From positions 100,027 through 164,026 of the IMG/VR virus record IMGVR_UViG_3300043438_000976: a stretch of DNA of 64,000 bases; one strand, 5' to 3'. This document shows, piece by piece, positions 13,951-23,354 of the stretch. How positions within the stretch are numbered: position 1 is the stretch's first letter; each line of letters begins with the position of its first letter. The notes beneath the pieces are model-generated. The model searched no databases. It had not been told where the DNA came from and saw only the letters and a program-made list of their open reading frames with translations. Made by a program: the position numbers and the translations under genes. The DNA comes from a virus. Taxonomy: Duplodnaviria; Heunggongvirae; Uroviricota; Caudoviricetes.

Positions 13951-14888
13951 AAAAAGTTTTAATTACAGGCGGCACAGGATTTATAGGCCACAATTTAGTT
14001 AAAGAGTTTTTAAAAGATCACAAGGTGGTGTGTCTTGTTCGTCCGGGATCTAAAAATTTAGATCGTTTGTTAGACGTATACAGTATGGTTGAATTTGTTA
14101 ACCATAACATTAGAGAACCATTACCAAATATACACGACATTGATATTATACTACACGCAGGTGCTAATCCTAGTGCAGCCGACAGTATCAACGACCCGGT
14201 GGGTGCTGTAACAGATAATGTTATTGGTACTGTAAACTTATTAGAGTTTGCTCGAAAATCAAAAGTAGAAAAGTTTGTTTACTACAGTTCCGGCGAAGTG
14301 TTTGGTCCTATTCCAATCGGGCAAGATAGTTATGAAAACGATGCATACAATTCTAACAGTCCTTACGCCGCAAGTAAAGCAGCAGGCGAAGAATTATGTG
14401 TTTCTTATAGTAAATCATTTGGGCTTCCGGTAAGTATTATTCATATCAATAACACATTCGGTCCAATGTGCCAGTCTAATAGATTTCCAGTTATTGCTAT
14501 GTCTAAAATTTTAAAGGGAGAACCTTTATCTATTCATGTAGGTCCTAGCAAAGCAATAGGCGGACGTAGATGGTTTCATGCAGAAGATGTTGCATTACAT
14601 ACTAGATTCATTTTAGATAATCAAAAAGACATTTGTGAAAAATGGAATAGTGCAGGTAGGAAGTTTGTTAATAACGCAGACCTTGCTCAGATTATTGCCA
14701 AGCTAATGAACAAAGAAATTAGTTTAGAATATGTGCCAGTCGATCGGCCTGGACACGATTTATGCTTTTCAGTAGATCCCTGGAAGTTATATGATAGAGG
14801 TTGGGTAGAACCTTCGAGTTTAGAGGATAGACTAAAACAAACAATTGATTGGTACTTGGCCAATCCAGAATGGTTATCAAGGAATTAA
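13947..14888 (+). CDS. NAD-dependent epimerase/dehydratase (extended SDR)
   Basis: N-terminal ITGGTGFIGHNL Rossmann motif and YAASKAAGE (YxxxK) catalytic motif. Confidence 0.65.
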   Translation: MKKVLITGGTGFIGHNLVKEFLKDHKVVCLVRPGSKNLDRLLDVYSMVEFVNHNIREPLPNIHDIDIILHAGANPSAADSINDPVGAVTDNVIGTVNLLEFARKSKVEKFVYYSSGEVFGPIPIGQDSYENDAYNSNSPYAASKAAGEELCVSYSKSFGLPVSIIHINNTFGPMCQSNRFPVIAMSKILKGEPLSIHVGPSKAIGGRRWFHAEDVALHTRFILDNQKDICEKWNSAGRKFVNNADLAQIIAKLMNKEISLEYVPVDRPGHDLCFSVDPWKLYDRGWVEPSSLEDRLKQTIDWYLANPEWLSRN

Positions 14889-14889
14889 A

Positions 14890-15828
14890 ATGATTAAAAC
14901 AGTATATGTAACAGGGTGTTTAGGTTTTATAGGTTATCATGTAACACTGGCCTGTTTAGAACGAGGATGGCACGTTCGTGGCATTGACAAAGGCACCTAT
15001 GCAGCCAATTGGAATTTGCTAGACGACTTAAAAAAATATAAAAGATTTATATTTGAAAACAAAGATATAAATGAAATAGACAAATTGTATGAGTGTGATT
15101 ATTTCATTAATACCGCTGCCGAGACTCATGTAGATAACAGTATTACCAGTAGCAAAGTATTTTTAGAAAGTAACATTAACGGAGTTCATCATATTTTAGA
15201 AAAAATAAAGGCTGCTAGAAAACAGCCTATATTCTTACATTTTTCTACAGATGAAGTTTATGGAGATATTGAAAAAGGATTCCATACAGAAGAAGATCTA
15301 TTAAAGCCTAGCAACCCGTATTCTGCTACAAAGGCATCGGCTGACATGTTAATTACAGCTTGGGCACGTACCTACGGTATATCTTATGTAATTGTTCGTC
15401 CTACTAACAATTACGGTATTGGACAATATACTGAGAAGTTTATTCCTCACACTATAAAATATTTGAGTTTAGGTAAAAAGGCAACATTGCACGATAACGG
15501 CACACCAAGACGTACATGGTTACATGCCAGTGATACAGCAGCCGCAGTTATTAAAATTATAGAAGTAGGCGTTGTAAACGAAGTATATAACATTAGTGGA
15601 AACTACGAAGAACAAAATATTGTAGTTGCCAGGAAGATTATTAAAGCAATGGGCCTAAAGGGAGATCCAGATCAGTATCTAGACACTACAGAAAAACGCC
15701 CAGGTCAAGATGTACGATATGCAATTGACGATGCTAAATTACAACACCTTGGCTGGAAACCAGTTGCTAAGTTTGATTCAGAGTTGAAAAGTATCGTTAA
15801 GTATTATACTAAAAACTTTATTTGGTAA
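14890..15828 (+). CDS. NDP-hexose 4,6-dehydratase-like extended SDR
   Basis: VTGCLGFIGYHV, TDEVYG and YSATKASAD motifs; start set at MIKTVYVTG (AGGAA SD) rather than the upstream overlapping ATG. Confidence 0.6.
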   Translation: MIKTVYVTGCLGFIGYHVTLACLERGWHVRGIDKGTYAANWNLLDDLKKYKRFIFENKDINEIDKLYECDYFINTAAETHVDNSITSSKVFLESNINGVHHILEKIKAARKQPIFLHFSTDEVYGDIEKGFHTEEDLLKPSNPYSATKASADMLITAWARTYGISYVIVRPTNNYGIGQYTEKFIPHTIKYLSLGKKATLHDNGTPRRTWLHASDTAAAVIKIIEVGVVNEVYNISGNYEEQNIVVARKIIKAMGLKGDPDQYLDTTEKRPGQDVRYAIDDAKLQHLGWKPVAKFDSELKSIVKYYTKNFIW

Positions 15829-16327
15829 AGCCGTTATTGTAGTTAACATTATCAAACTCTATTAAACTTGCACGAGGATTCTTAATCCAAAAGTCAACAG
15901 CATTTATAATCTGTTGATACGGAATTGAATCATACTGTGTCCAGTTTTCAAGGAATCCCATTTTCAGCAACAACATTGGAAATTGAGATTCCTTTTTTAA
16001 TTTCTTATGTTCAATTTCAATAAGTTTTTTTGCAGTAGCATAACGAATAATGTCTGGATTAGGGTAGTCAGCAGCCATAGATCCGCAAGTTATAATAGAA
16101 GTCTTATTATATAAACGTTTTAAAAATTCATATTGTATAGTGTGAAGGTGTAAATTGTTAATGAACAGATCAGCAGTCTCTGCTAAGTTGACAACTTCTT
16201 CAAACTTTTCAGGCAGTGTATAACCATTTGATCTAGACACACCCACAACCTCGTGACCTGATTGTGTTAAGTAATTGAAAAAGGCGAGCCCGAGCCCGCC
16301 TGTGTGTCCTGTGATTACAACTCGCAT
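15818..16327 (-). CDS. short NAD(P)-binding Rossmann-fold protein (reductase-like)
   Basis: MRVVITGHTGGLGLAF N-terminal dinucleotide-binding motif; 169 aa. Confidence 0.35.
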   Translation of the reverse strand: MRVVITGHTGGLGLAFFNYLTQSGHEVVGVSRSNGYTLPEKFEEVVNLAETADLFINNLHLHTIQYEFLKRLYNKTSIITCGSMAADYPNPDIIRYATAKKLIEIEHKKLKKESQFPMLLLKMGFLENWTQYDSIPYQQIINAVDFWIKNPRASLIEFDNVNYNNGFTK

Positions 16328-16833
16328 CAGCTATTTAAAACTTTTGCTACTGAGTTCATAACAGAAGCGATTCGGCCAATGTCACGAAGTTGTTCCACTG
16401 TATAGCCTTCAGTCTTTAATGTTTCGTAATGTGCTTTTACACAGAAGTGGCATTTTCCAACAATACTGGCTGCAAGACTAAACGCTTCAAAGTTTGATTT
16501 GGTAGTTCCGCCGTGTGACGCAATGGCGTTCATGCGTAACTGTGCTGGCAGGCCTTTTAGGGCAGGATCATCTGCCATCTCAACATATGGATACCATACA
16601 TTGTTCTGTGCCATGATACTGGCCGCAGTCATTGCTGACTCTGCATGTACTGGGGCATCTGCTAACAGGATGCTAAGTACTTTACCGTTGCCAGTTGCAG
16701 CCAATGCAGCCACAGCACACCCTAAGGCTACATCTGCATCCAGTGTGCTACGCAGTAGAACAGCATCAAGATTTAACTTGGTGTCCTTTGCATAGTCTGG
16801 CAACGCACCTTTTACTGATTCAATAAAACTCAT
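16327..16833 (-). CDS. AhpD-like / carboxymuconolactone decarboxylase family protein
   Basis: CHFCVKAH (CxxC..H) AhpD core motif; adjacent to peroxiredoxin. Confidence 0.5.
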   Translation of the reverse strand: MSFIESVKGALPDYAKDTKLNLDAVLLRSTLDADVALGCAVAALAATGNGKVLSILLADAPVHAESAMTAASIMAQNNVWYPYVEMADDPALKGLPAQLRMNAIASHGGTTKSNFEAFSLAASIVGKCHFCVKAHYETLKTEGYTVEQLRDIGRIASVMNSVAKVLNS

Positions 16834-17225
16834 TTTGTCATCTCCGCTAATTGTTTATATCCATTATATGTAGGATGTACCTTATCTTTCGATAACTCTG
16901 GGATTGTCAAAATAGTATCACCAAAACTGTTAGCAATGATTCTAACAATATCCTGCACCGCTGGTTTAATAGGCGGCATTACCCACATGACTTTTTTTGC
17001 ATAGATTTGTTGCCTCAGTAACAACAATTCTTTAAAAGAGTTTATAGTATCAGGATCATTAGTTCCGAGACTGATAATCACAGTATTGGCAGATAAATCT
17101 TTGACAATATTTCTATTGTTCCAGTTGTAGCTGTTAATACCGCTCTTAACATAAGCAACACATTCTTTACGAACTGTGCTAATGCCTTGAGCAATACTAT
17201 CGCCTAAGATAAGGCATTCTAACAT
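16830..17225 (-). CDS. SGNH/GDSL hydrolase
   Basis: block I LGDSIAQG, block III SLGTND, block V DKVHPT. Confidence 0.55.
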   Translation of the reverse strand: MLECLILGDSIAQGISTVRKECVAYVKSGINSYNWNNRNIVKDLSANTVIISLGTNDPDTINSFKELLLLRQQIYAKKVMWVMPPIKPAVQDIVRIIANSFGDTILTIPELSKDKVHPTYNGYKQLAEMTK

Positions 17226-17764
17226 TATAGAGTCTCGCCACCAACTGTACGGTTACAAGCACATAGCTCGCCTGTTTGTAACGCATCAAGAACACGAAGT
17301 GTTTCTTCTGGGTTGCGACCAACGTTCAAGTTGTTCACAGTTACGTGTTGGATCTCGTTGTTGGGGTCAACAATGAATGTTGCACGAAGTGCGGCACCTG
17401 CAGGTGCATAGAATACGCCCAACTGCTCAATCAAACTCAACTCACCACGCTGTGTGTCTGCGAATTGATTATGACGAATGTTCTTTAGATCAGCGTGAGC
17501 ATTTTGCCAGCTGACTTTACAGAACTCATTGTCTGTTGACCCTGTGAGCAATACTGCGTCACGGTCATCAAAATCTGCGGCTAGTTTGTCGTAGGCTACA
17601 ATTTCTGTAGGACAAACAAATGTAAAGTCTTTTGGATAGTAAACGATTACTTTCCACTTGCCTGGAAATGACTTCTCTGTAATTTCGAAGAATGCATCTT
17701 CTGGTTGTCCAAACTTTACGCCTGTTACTGCGAATGGGGCTAATTTGTCACCGACTGTTTTCAT
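17225..17764 (-). CDS. ahpC: peroxiredoxin (AhpC/Prx1 family)
   Basis: FTFVCPTEI peroxidatic Cys motif; AGGAG SD before ATG 17764. Confidence 0.85.
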   Translation of the reverse strand: MKTVGDKLAPFAVTGVKFGQPEDAFFEITEKSFPGKWKVIVYYPKDFTFVCPTEIVAYDKLAADFDDRDAVLLTGSTDNEFCKVSWQNAHADLKNIRHNQFADTQRGELSLIEQLGVFYAPAGAALRATFIVDPNNEIQHVTVNNLNVGRNPEETLRVLDALQTGELCACNRTVGGETL

Positions 17765-17797
17765 AATATCTCCTGTGTGTTAAATGAAAAAATTTCT

Positions 17798-17830
17798 GTA
17801 CATCTTATGTACTGTACAGTTATTGTACAT
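17798..17830. promoter_or_regulatory. operator-like cluster of four TGTACA palindromes upstream of ahpC, in a divergent intergenic region
   Basis: TGTACAtcttaTGTACTGTACAgttatTGTACA plus flanking ATTGTA...TACAAT inverted repeat. Confidence 0.4.
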
Positions 17831-17972
17831 ATATTTACAATAGAAATCAACTAAAATCTCATGGTTTTCCATTGATTGTTCCTATAACGCTAATAGGTTA
17901 TTAAGTACCAGGTTTTAAAAATTATATACCTAGTAAATACGATTACACCACAACTTAGGACTAGGAGCAAAA

Positions 17973-18254
17973 ATGGGCGATATTTTTAAAATTATCGGCG
18001 ACCTCGGTATGCCAGTTGCGGCAGCACTTGCAGGCGGGTACTTTGTGTACTTAACTATCAAGCTGTTGTTGCAGGGCGTTCTTGGGTCAATAAAAGGAAT
18101 GGCTGGTATTATCACAGCACTGGACAATCGTGTAAAAACTATGAATCACGATGTTATACGTATCGATACAATTGTATCCAATGCTCTAGGTCTGCGTCCT
18201 GATGCAGATCGTATTGCTCGTGCAGACGGCAAAAACGATGCAAGGAGAGATTAA
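17973..18254 (+). CDS. hypothetical small membrane protein
   Basis: hydrophobic N-terminal segment; GGAGCAAAA SD-like before ATG. Confidence 0.3.
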   Translation: MGDIFKIIGDLGMPVAAALAGGYFVYLTIKLLLQGVLGSIKGMAGIITALDNRVKTMNHDVIRIDTIVSNALGLRPDADRIARADGKNDARRD

Positions 18255-18445
18255 TGTTGCACATTGATTATCGTTGGGATCTACATCCAGACAAGATTGT
18301 TTTAGATGAAGAACTTAATACAGATAGATTAGGATGGCGAGCAGGCGACATGTTTAAGTTTATCAATGTCGACGGTAAGCAAATGCTAGTCAAAATAGAT
18401 CCTCTTGAAAAATTCATAAGGAGTAAACAGTATGAGCAAGTATGA
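18254..18445 (+). CDS. hypothetical protein (63 aa)
   Basis: ATGA overlap with upstream gene; no recognisable motif. Confidence 0.25.
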   Translation: MLHIDYRWDLHPDKIVLDEELNTDRLGWRAGDMFKFINVDGKQMLVKIDPLEKFIRSKQYEQV

Positions 18446-18520
18446 AGCATGGTGGGACAGTTTACCCCAATCAACCAAAATTTATTTAAAAAGCCAACCA
18501 ATTTGGCACGATAGCGACAT

Positions 18521-18913
18521 GTGGAGAGCCGGCATGTTCGGATTAGTAGTAGGATTCATTCTAGGAGTAATATTATAATGGATGTCGTTGAATTAGTTAA
18601 CAAGTACGGATTCCCTATTGTTATGGCAGTAGGCATGGGATTCATTATCAAGTATGTGTGGGAATGGGCTACTAAGGAAGTGAAACCAGTTATTAGCGAT
18701 GCTAACACAGTTTTGATTGCACTAATTGATCGTATACGTATGTTGGATAATGACCTTATCAGACTTAACCAAAAAGTTAATACAGTGTTACATCTACGTG
18801 GTAAGACAATTGAGTTTGAACGTGTAGAAGCAGAGAAAGCAATTAATAAAATAGACCGCTCTAAAAGCGAGGGTAACGAAGATACTAAGTCAGCTACATC
18901 AGGTGAAAGTTGA
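18521..18913 (+). CDS. hypothetical membrane / coiled-coil protein
   Basis: TM segment FPIVMAVGMGFII followed by charged helical region. Confidence 0.3.
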   Translation: MESRHVRISSRIHSRSNIIMDVVELVNKYGFPIVMAVGMGFIIKYVWEWATKEVKPVISDANTVLIALIDRIRMLDNDLIRLNQKVNTVLHLRGKTIEFERVEAEKAINKIDRSKSEGNEDTKSATSGES

Positions 18914-18949
18914 TTTGAGAAAGTTTTGCTAGATTGTGAAGCCATACGA

Positions 18950-18985
18950 CACCCTCTACGGAGGGTGATCTTATGATGTTTGCTG
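18950..18985 (+). terminator. hairpin (caccctc-tacg-gagggtg) with U-rich tail after the 18521 gene
   Basis: 7-bp GC-rich stem, 4-nt loop, followed by atcttatgatgtttg. Confidence 0.4.
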
Positions 18986-19325
18986 AGTTGCTCTGCACAC
19001 ACTTGACAGTAGGTATTTGATCTTCACTCTTCTGGGCTCTGTACCTTACCCAACCTACTACGACTTTTAAAGAAACTGCGGTGTCACTGTTCCTATGAGA
19101 GTATAGAAAATCTTTTCAACTATTATGACAATCCAAACGTTTCGTGCCAGTGGGCAGACGTTTAAGCATCCTCTCGGGTAGTGGATTGAAATCGCCCTCG
19201 CAATGAGGCTAGGTCATTGGGTCACACGTCAGAACCTTGACCAACAGAAAATTACCGGTGCTGTTTCACCTTAAGTTGCGAATAATGGGAGTGTGAATGT
19301 AAGTGTGTAACTTACATTATACAGG

Positions 19326-19370
19326 CTATCCAAAATGATTGCGACCGAAATGGCGATCTATTTTGGATAG
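19326..19370 (-). terminator. long hairpin (11-bp stem ctatccaaaat/attttggatag) just downstream of the cyclase gene
   Basis: perfect inverted repeat directly after stop codon at 19385 on the minus strand; no clean U-run. Confidence 0.35.
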
Positions 19371-19384
19371 TAGGCCTGCAGATA

Positions 19385-21439
19385 TTACTTGCTTGTGGCT
19401 ATGAATACGCCATTCCAGTCGGCTGGAAGTATTTGAGTCTTTTGAAACTCACAGCGTTCTATCCACATGCTGTAGTATTTTTTCATTTGCCCGTCGAACT
19501 CATCTTTCAGTTCTTCACACAGTGTAATGGCATCGTCCCATTTCTGCTGTCTATAACATGAGTGCATTTCATTATGAGTTTCTTGTGCTAACAAATATTC
19601 TGCGGCAACAGTTACGTCAGGGTCAAGTACTGTATAGATAGCAACTCCTACACTCTTACCTTTAACTGCTAGGTCGTCAATCTTAAGGAAGAAGAACTCG
19701 TCAGCACATCGTTGAACGGTTGCTCCACCTACTAATAACAGGCAACCGTATTCTTTACACTTGCTTTCGATACGTGCGGCTGTGCTAACGGCATCGCCTA
19801 GTACATCGTAACTGTGTCGAGCTGTACTGCCCATCTCACCGATGTAGCCCAATCCTGTATTAATGCCTGCACCCATACCAACTGGTGGTCTGCCTTGCGG
19901 AACAATCACGTCTCGGTTAAAAGTATCTACAGCTCTAAGCATCTTTAATCCTGTGCGAACTGCTGTTGACGGGTGATTAAGATCTTCAATGGGTGCATTG
20001 TGTATGTGCATACTGGCATCACCGATGTACTTGATAATCATTCCGTCTGCATCTAATACAGGTTGCGTAATAGCGTCCATGTAGCCGTTCATTATACGTG
20101 TAAGCCCCGCAACATCATCACCAAAGCTTTCACCTAGGGGTGTAAAGCCACGTAAGTCTGAAAACAGTATGCTGACTTCTTTCTTAACACCCTTCTTAAT
20201 AAGGTCTGGATTTTCTTGCAGTAATCTAACCACTGTAGGACTAGCGTAACCTGCAAACTGTTTCTTGATTGCCTGCTTCTGTAAAAACTCGCTTACGAAT
20301 TTAACTCCGTATGCATGTAATGCCACAAGCAATATGCCACTGACAAAAGCAGTAGCATCAAACAGATAAAGATACTGGCTATAAGCATACATGCTGACAG
20401 CAACACCACCCATAGAAAGAGCAACCACTGTTCCAAGTCCAACATATACCCACCTTGTTAAAAATAATAATAGTACGCCTGCTGCTAACAGTACAATAAT
20501 TTCCACACCATCTGCGTAATCCGGACGCTGGATAGTTACATTGTTCATCATTGTGCCTATTACTGCGGCCTGTACTTCGTGTGGAAATACTGCACCCTTA
20601 CTAGTGGGTAATGGATTAGCAATACCTGCGGCTGTTGGGCCTACGATAACAATAGCACCTGCTAGATCTTTTGGCAGGTTTACTGCACTAACGCTGTGAC
20701 TTGCCTGACTCCAATCAATCCATATGCGACCTAAGTTATCTGTTGCTACAGGACCAAACTTAGGTATACGCATCTTCTCAACTCCACCTTCAAATAGCTT
20801 GACTTGGAATGTTGAATCGCCTGCCGCTACGCGGAGTGTTTCCATAGCTAGACTAGGATATAACTTACCGTCAACTGTGACAATTAACGGCAATCTGCGA
20901 TTAACACCATCTACTTCTGGCAGTGTGTTTACGATACCAACACCTGCTGCTGCGTTCTCTAACACAGGTACGTTGGCAATCAAACCCGGATACTGTATAA
21001 TTTGATCCAAGTACTCAGGACCTAATACTGCCGAACCGGGATTGCGTGGTTCGTTCTTTGTTTTCTGTGCAGGAATGCTGCCTAATACAACTGGGTATTC
21101 TTTTAGAGCTTTACCCAGTTGACTGTCACCACCTGTACGATCTGTTTCTGGCATGAGTACGTTAAGTACCACAAGGCCCGCTCCCCTCTGATATAAATCT
21201 CGTATAAGTCGGGAATACTCAACACGAGGTAACGGCCATTGTCCATATTTGTCTAAGCTCCCTTCATCAATGTTTACTGTAACAATGTTGTTAACAGTAG
21301 TTTCTTTAGATGTAATCAGCGTATCAAAATAGCGTAGTCTTATACTTTCTACAAAGACAGGATCAGCAATTCTTATACTTAAAATAAGTGCCAATGTCAG
21401 CAATGCTGTCCATGGACTTGTTAGGATTTTTTTCAACAT
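19385..21439 (-). CDS. CHASE2-sensor class III adenylate/guanylate cyclase
   Basis: N-terminal signal/TM, periplasmic CHASE2-like region, TM cluster, then cyclase block SILFSDLRGFTPLGE...GDAS; 684 aa. Confidence 0.7.
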   Translation of the reverse strand: MLKKILTSPWTALLTLALILSIRIADPVFVESIRLRYFDTLITSKETTVNNIVTVNIDEGSLDKYGQWPLPRVEYSRLIRDLYQRGAGLVVLNVLMPETDRTGGDSQLGKALKEYPVVLGSIPAQKTKNEPRNPGSAVLGPEYLDQIIQYPGLIANVPVLENAAAGVGIVNTLPEVDGVNRRLPLIVTVDGKLYPSLAMETLRVAAGDSTFQVKLFEGGVEKMRIPKFGPVATDNLGRIWIDWSQASHSVSAVNLPKDLAGAIVIVGPTAAGIANPLPTSKGAVFPHEVQAAVIGTMMNNVTIQRPDYADGVEIIVLLAAGVLLLFLTRWVYVGLGTVVALSMGGVAVSMYAYSQYLYLFDATAFVSGILLVALHAYGVKFVSEFLQKQAIKKQFAGYASPTVVRLLQENPDLIKKGVKKEVSILFSDLRGFTPLGESFGDDVAGLTRIMNGYMDAITQPVLDADGMIIKYIGDASMHIHNAPIEDLNHPSTAVRTGLKMLRAVDTFNRDVIVPQGRPPVGMGAGINTGLGYIGEMGSTARHSYDVLGDAVSTAARIESKCKEYGCLLLVGGATVQRCADEFFFLKIDDLAVKGKSVGVAIYTVLDPDVTVAAEYLLAQETHNEMHSCYRQQKWDDAITLCEELKDEFDGQMKKYYSMWIERCEFQKTQILPADWNGVFIATSK

Positions 21440-22080
21440 CCAGTATTTAGTTGGTTAGCAAAGTCTAAAAGCAGACGGTGATGTTGTCCATTGTGATACT
21501 TGCCCGCCATCCATGAGTAGCTATCGTACCAATAGTTTTCACTTTCTGGATGGCAACCTATTACACCGATATTGTTTTGTATAATAGCCATAGCGTCTCC
21601 GTTTGCATATGTGGCAATGGTGTTAAACTTAGCAGAGTTACCTACTAAAGCACAACCATCATACCAAAACATATTCATTGGCTGGTTTTTCCAAGTTATA
21701 CTGATATTTTTAGCGTGTGGTCTGCGTGTATCTGTATTGGGTTGCGTTGAGTATTGAACAGCATCAACGCTGTCCAGTATATCAAAATAGTGTTGGCCGG
21801 CCCAATACGCACCCATGCATATACCTAAATACTTACCACCACCGCTTACAAATGTTTTAACTCTATCTTTAGTATATTTAAATGCACGGTCAAATGTACT
21901 AGCATCACCAAAGCCGCCAGGAATAACTATCATGTCTACATCATCAAAGAAGTTATCTTCTAAGGGATTGATGCTGAATATTTTAAAGTTATAATGTGAC
22001 TGTAATGATCGTATAACTCCATTGCCTGACTGTACGCTACATTTAGGATCATACAAAAACAGGGCAACGGTAGGTTTCAT
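21433..22080 (-). CDS. class I glutamine amidotransferase-like (DJ-1/GATase1 fold) protein
   Basis: IVIPGGFG and nucleophile elbow GICMGAY (G-x-C-x-G). Confidence 0.4.
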   Translation of the reverse strand: MKPTVALFLYDPKCSVQSGNGVIRSLQSHYNFKIFSINPLEDNFFDDVDMIVIPGGFGDASTFDRAFKYTKDRVKTFVSGGGKYLGICMGAYWAGQHYFDILDSVDAVQYSTQPNTDTRRPHAKNISITWKNQPMNMFWYDGCALVGNSAKFNTIATYANGDAMAIIQNNIGVIGCHPESENYWYDSYSWMAGKYHNGQHHRLLLDFANQLNTGC

Positions 22081-22083
22081 AAA

Positions 22084-22368
22084 TTAGCAATTCCATCGGC
22101 GTAGTGCTAATGCTTTTGGTGTAGGTTTTCCGTTAGGCTTTTTCATAGGACCTTTATTGCCACTCATACGGGCACAGAAACTCTTACGGCGTTTAGCATC
22201 CTTGCTACCTGCTTTTAATTTGCTAGGCTTAGTAGTTACTGCTGTCTTTAACTTACTACCCGGATTCTCTCTTCGGTAAGCATTTACTGCCTTTTGGCTT
22301 AGACCATCAGTCTTATCTTTTCTGTTGACTTTATTCCAGTCTTCGTTAATAAATTCGTGTGCTCTCAT
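22084..22368 (-). CDS. small highly basic protein with T4 capsid-targeting-sequence-like N-terminus (MRAHEFINED)
   Basis: K/R-rich 94 aa; N-terminal MRAxEF(I/L) shared with ORF 28532..30220; compare T4 internal-protein CTS MKTYQEFIAE. Confidence 0.3.
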   Translation of the reverse strand: MRAHEFINEDWNKVNRKDKTDGLSQKAVNAYRRENPGSKLKTAVTTKPSKLKAGSKDAKRRKSFCARMSGNKGPMKKPNGKPTPKALALRRWNC

Positions 22369-22375
22369 GATGTAT

Positions 22376-23245
22376 TTATTTTAGTTTATCCGATATGTAT
22401 AGTGCAGCACCCATGCTTGACCCTGCATCGCCTGGATTTTTTGGAACATAGCTGTGTTTAAATGTAGATGAAAGAAGCCTTTTTGCAGGCACATTATAGG
22501 CACATCCGCCTGTAAAAACACAAGAATTACTGTGAAAAGAGGCAAGTTTAAAGCAATTTTTTATCTGTTCCATGAACACACGTTGTACGCTGGCAGCTAC
22601 GTCTGCACGATCTTTTTCTGCTACTTCCCAATCCCAGATTCCTTTATGCAGATTCTTTGTTAGGTAGCCGCAGACTGTTAAGTAGTTTGGTTCCCAATCA
22701 CCAGATGTTGCTAGCATAGTAAGTTTGCTCTCTTCTTGGACAGGTTTAAATCCCAGTAACTCTGTAAATGCTGAGTAGAACAAACCAAGGCTATAAGGAT
22801 AACCTTTTGAAAATACTTTTTTAAATTTTTGATCTTTATAATGCCAGATACTCACAGTATCCCACTCTCCAATTGCATCGGCTACTACGACCGCAGTCTC
22901 AGCTAATCTACTTTCATATACTGCATTGGCTGCATGACTTAAATGATGCGGCACATAATAAATTGGAACAGAAGGTATGTTAAATTTTTTTAGATAGTAA
23001 TGAGGTAGCTGATCAATGCTGACTGCATCTCTGTATTGCCCTGCGTATAGCTGCCGTGACTTTTTCAGCCAAGGCCTTTCGTACCAAGCAATTGCATCTA
23101 CTGCTCCGTATGATAATGCACGATCAACTAGTTCAGGACAAAGGTCAACTCCACACAGGGATCGTTCATGGTGCAATATTTGACCATTGTCCACAACCGC
23201 AATACTAGCATCGTGGTTAAGAGCGTTTATTCCTACTACAGTCAT
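22376..23245 (-). CDS. carbamoyltransferase, NodU/CmcH family (Kae1-like N-terminal domain only)
   Basis: motifs VPHHLSHAANA, ADAIGEWDT, TGGCAYN, NPGDAGSSMGAAL. Confidence 0.55.
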   Translation of the reverse strand: MTVVGINALNHDASIAVVDNGQILHHERSLCGVDLCPELVDRALSYGAVDAIAWYERPWLKKSRQLYAGQYRDAVSIDQLPHYYLKKFNIPSVPIYYVPHHLSHAANAVYESRLAETAVVVADAIGEWDTVSIWHYKDQKFKKVFSKGYPYSLGLFYSAFTELLGFKPVQEESKLTMLATSGDWEPNYLTVCGYLTKNLHKGIWDWEVAEKDRADVAASVQRVFMEQIKNCFKLASFHSNSCVFTGGCAYNVPAKRLLSSTFKHSYVPKNPGDAGSSMGAALYISDKLK

Positions 23246-23354
23246 TTGTAAATGAAAGGGTCTCTTTTACGAAACTCTTTTAATTTTTTACGTATGCGTC
23301 TACGCTCTTGGAACTCACGGAATAGAGATATGATAAAGTTCATATCTCTATTTA

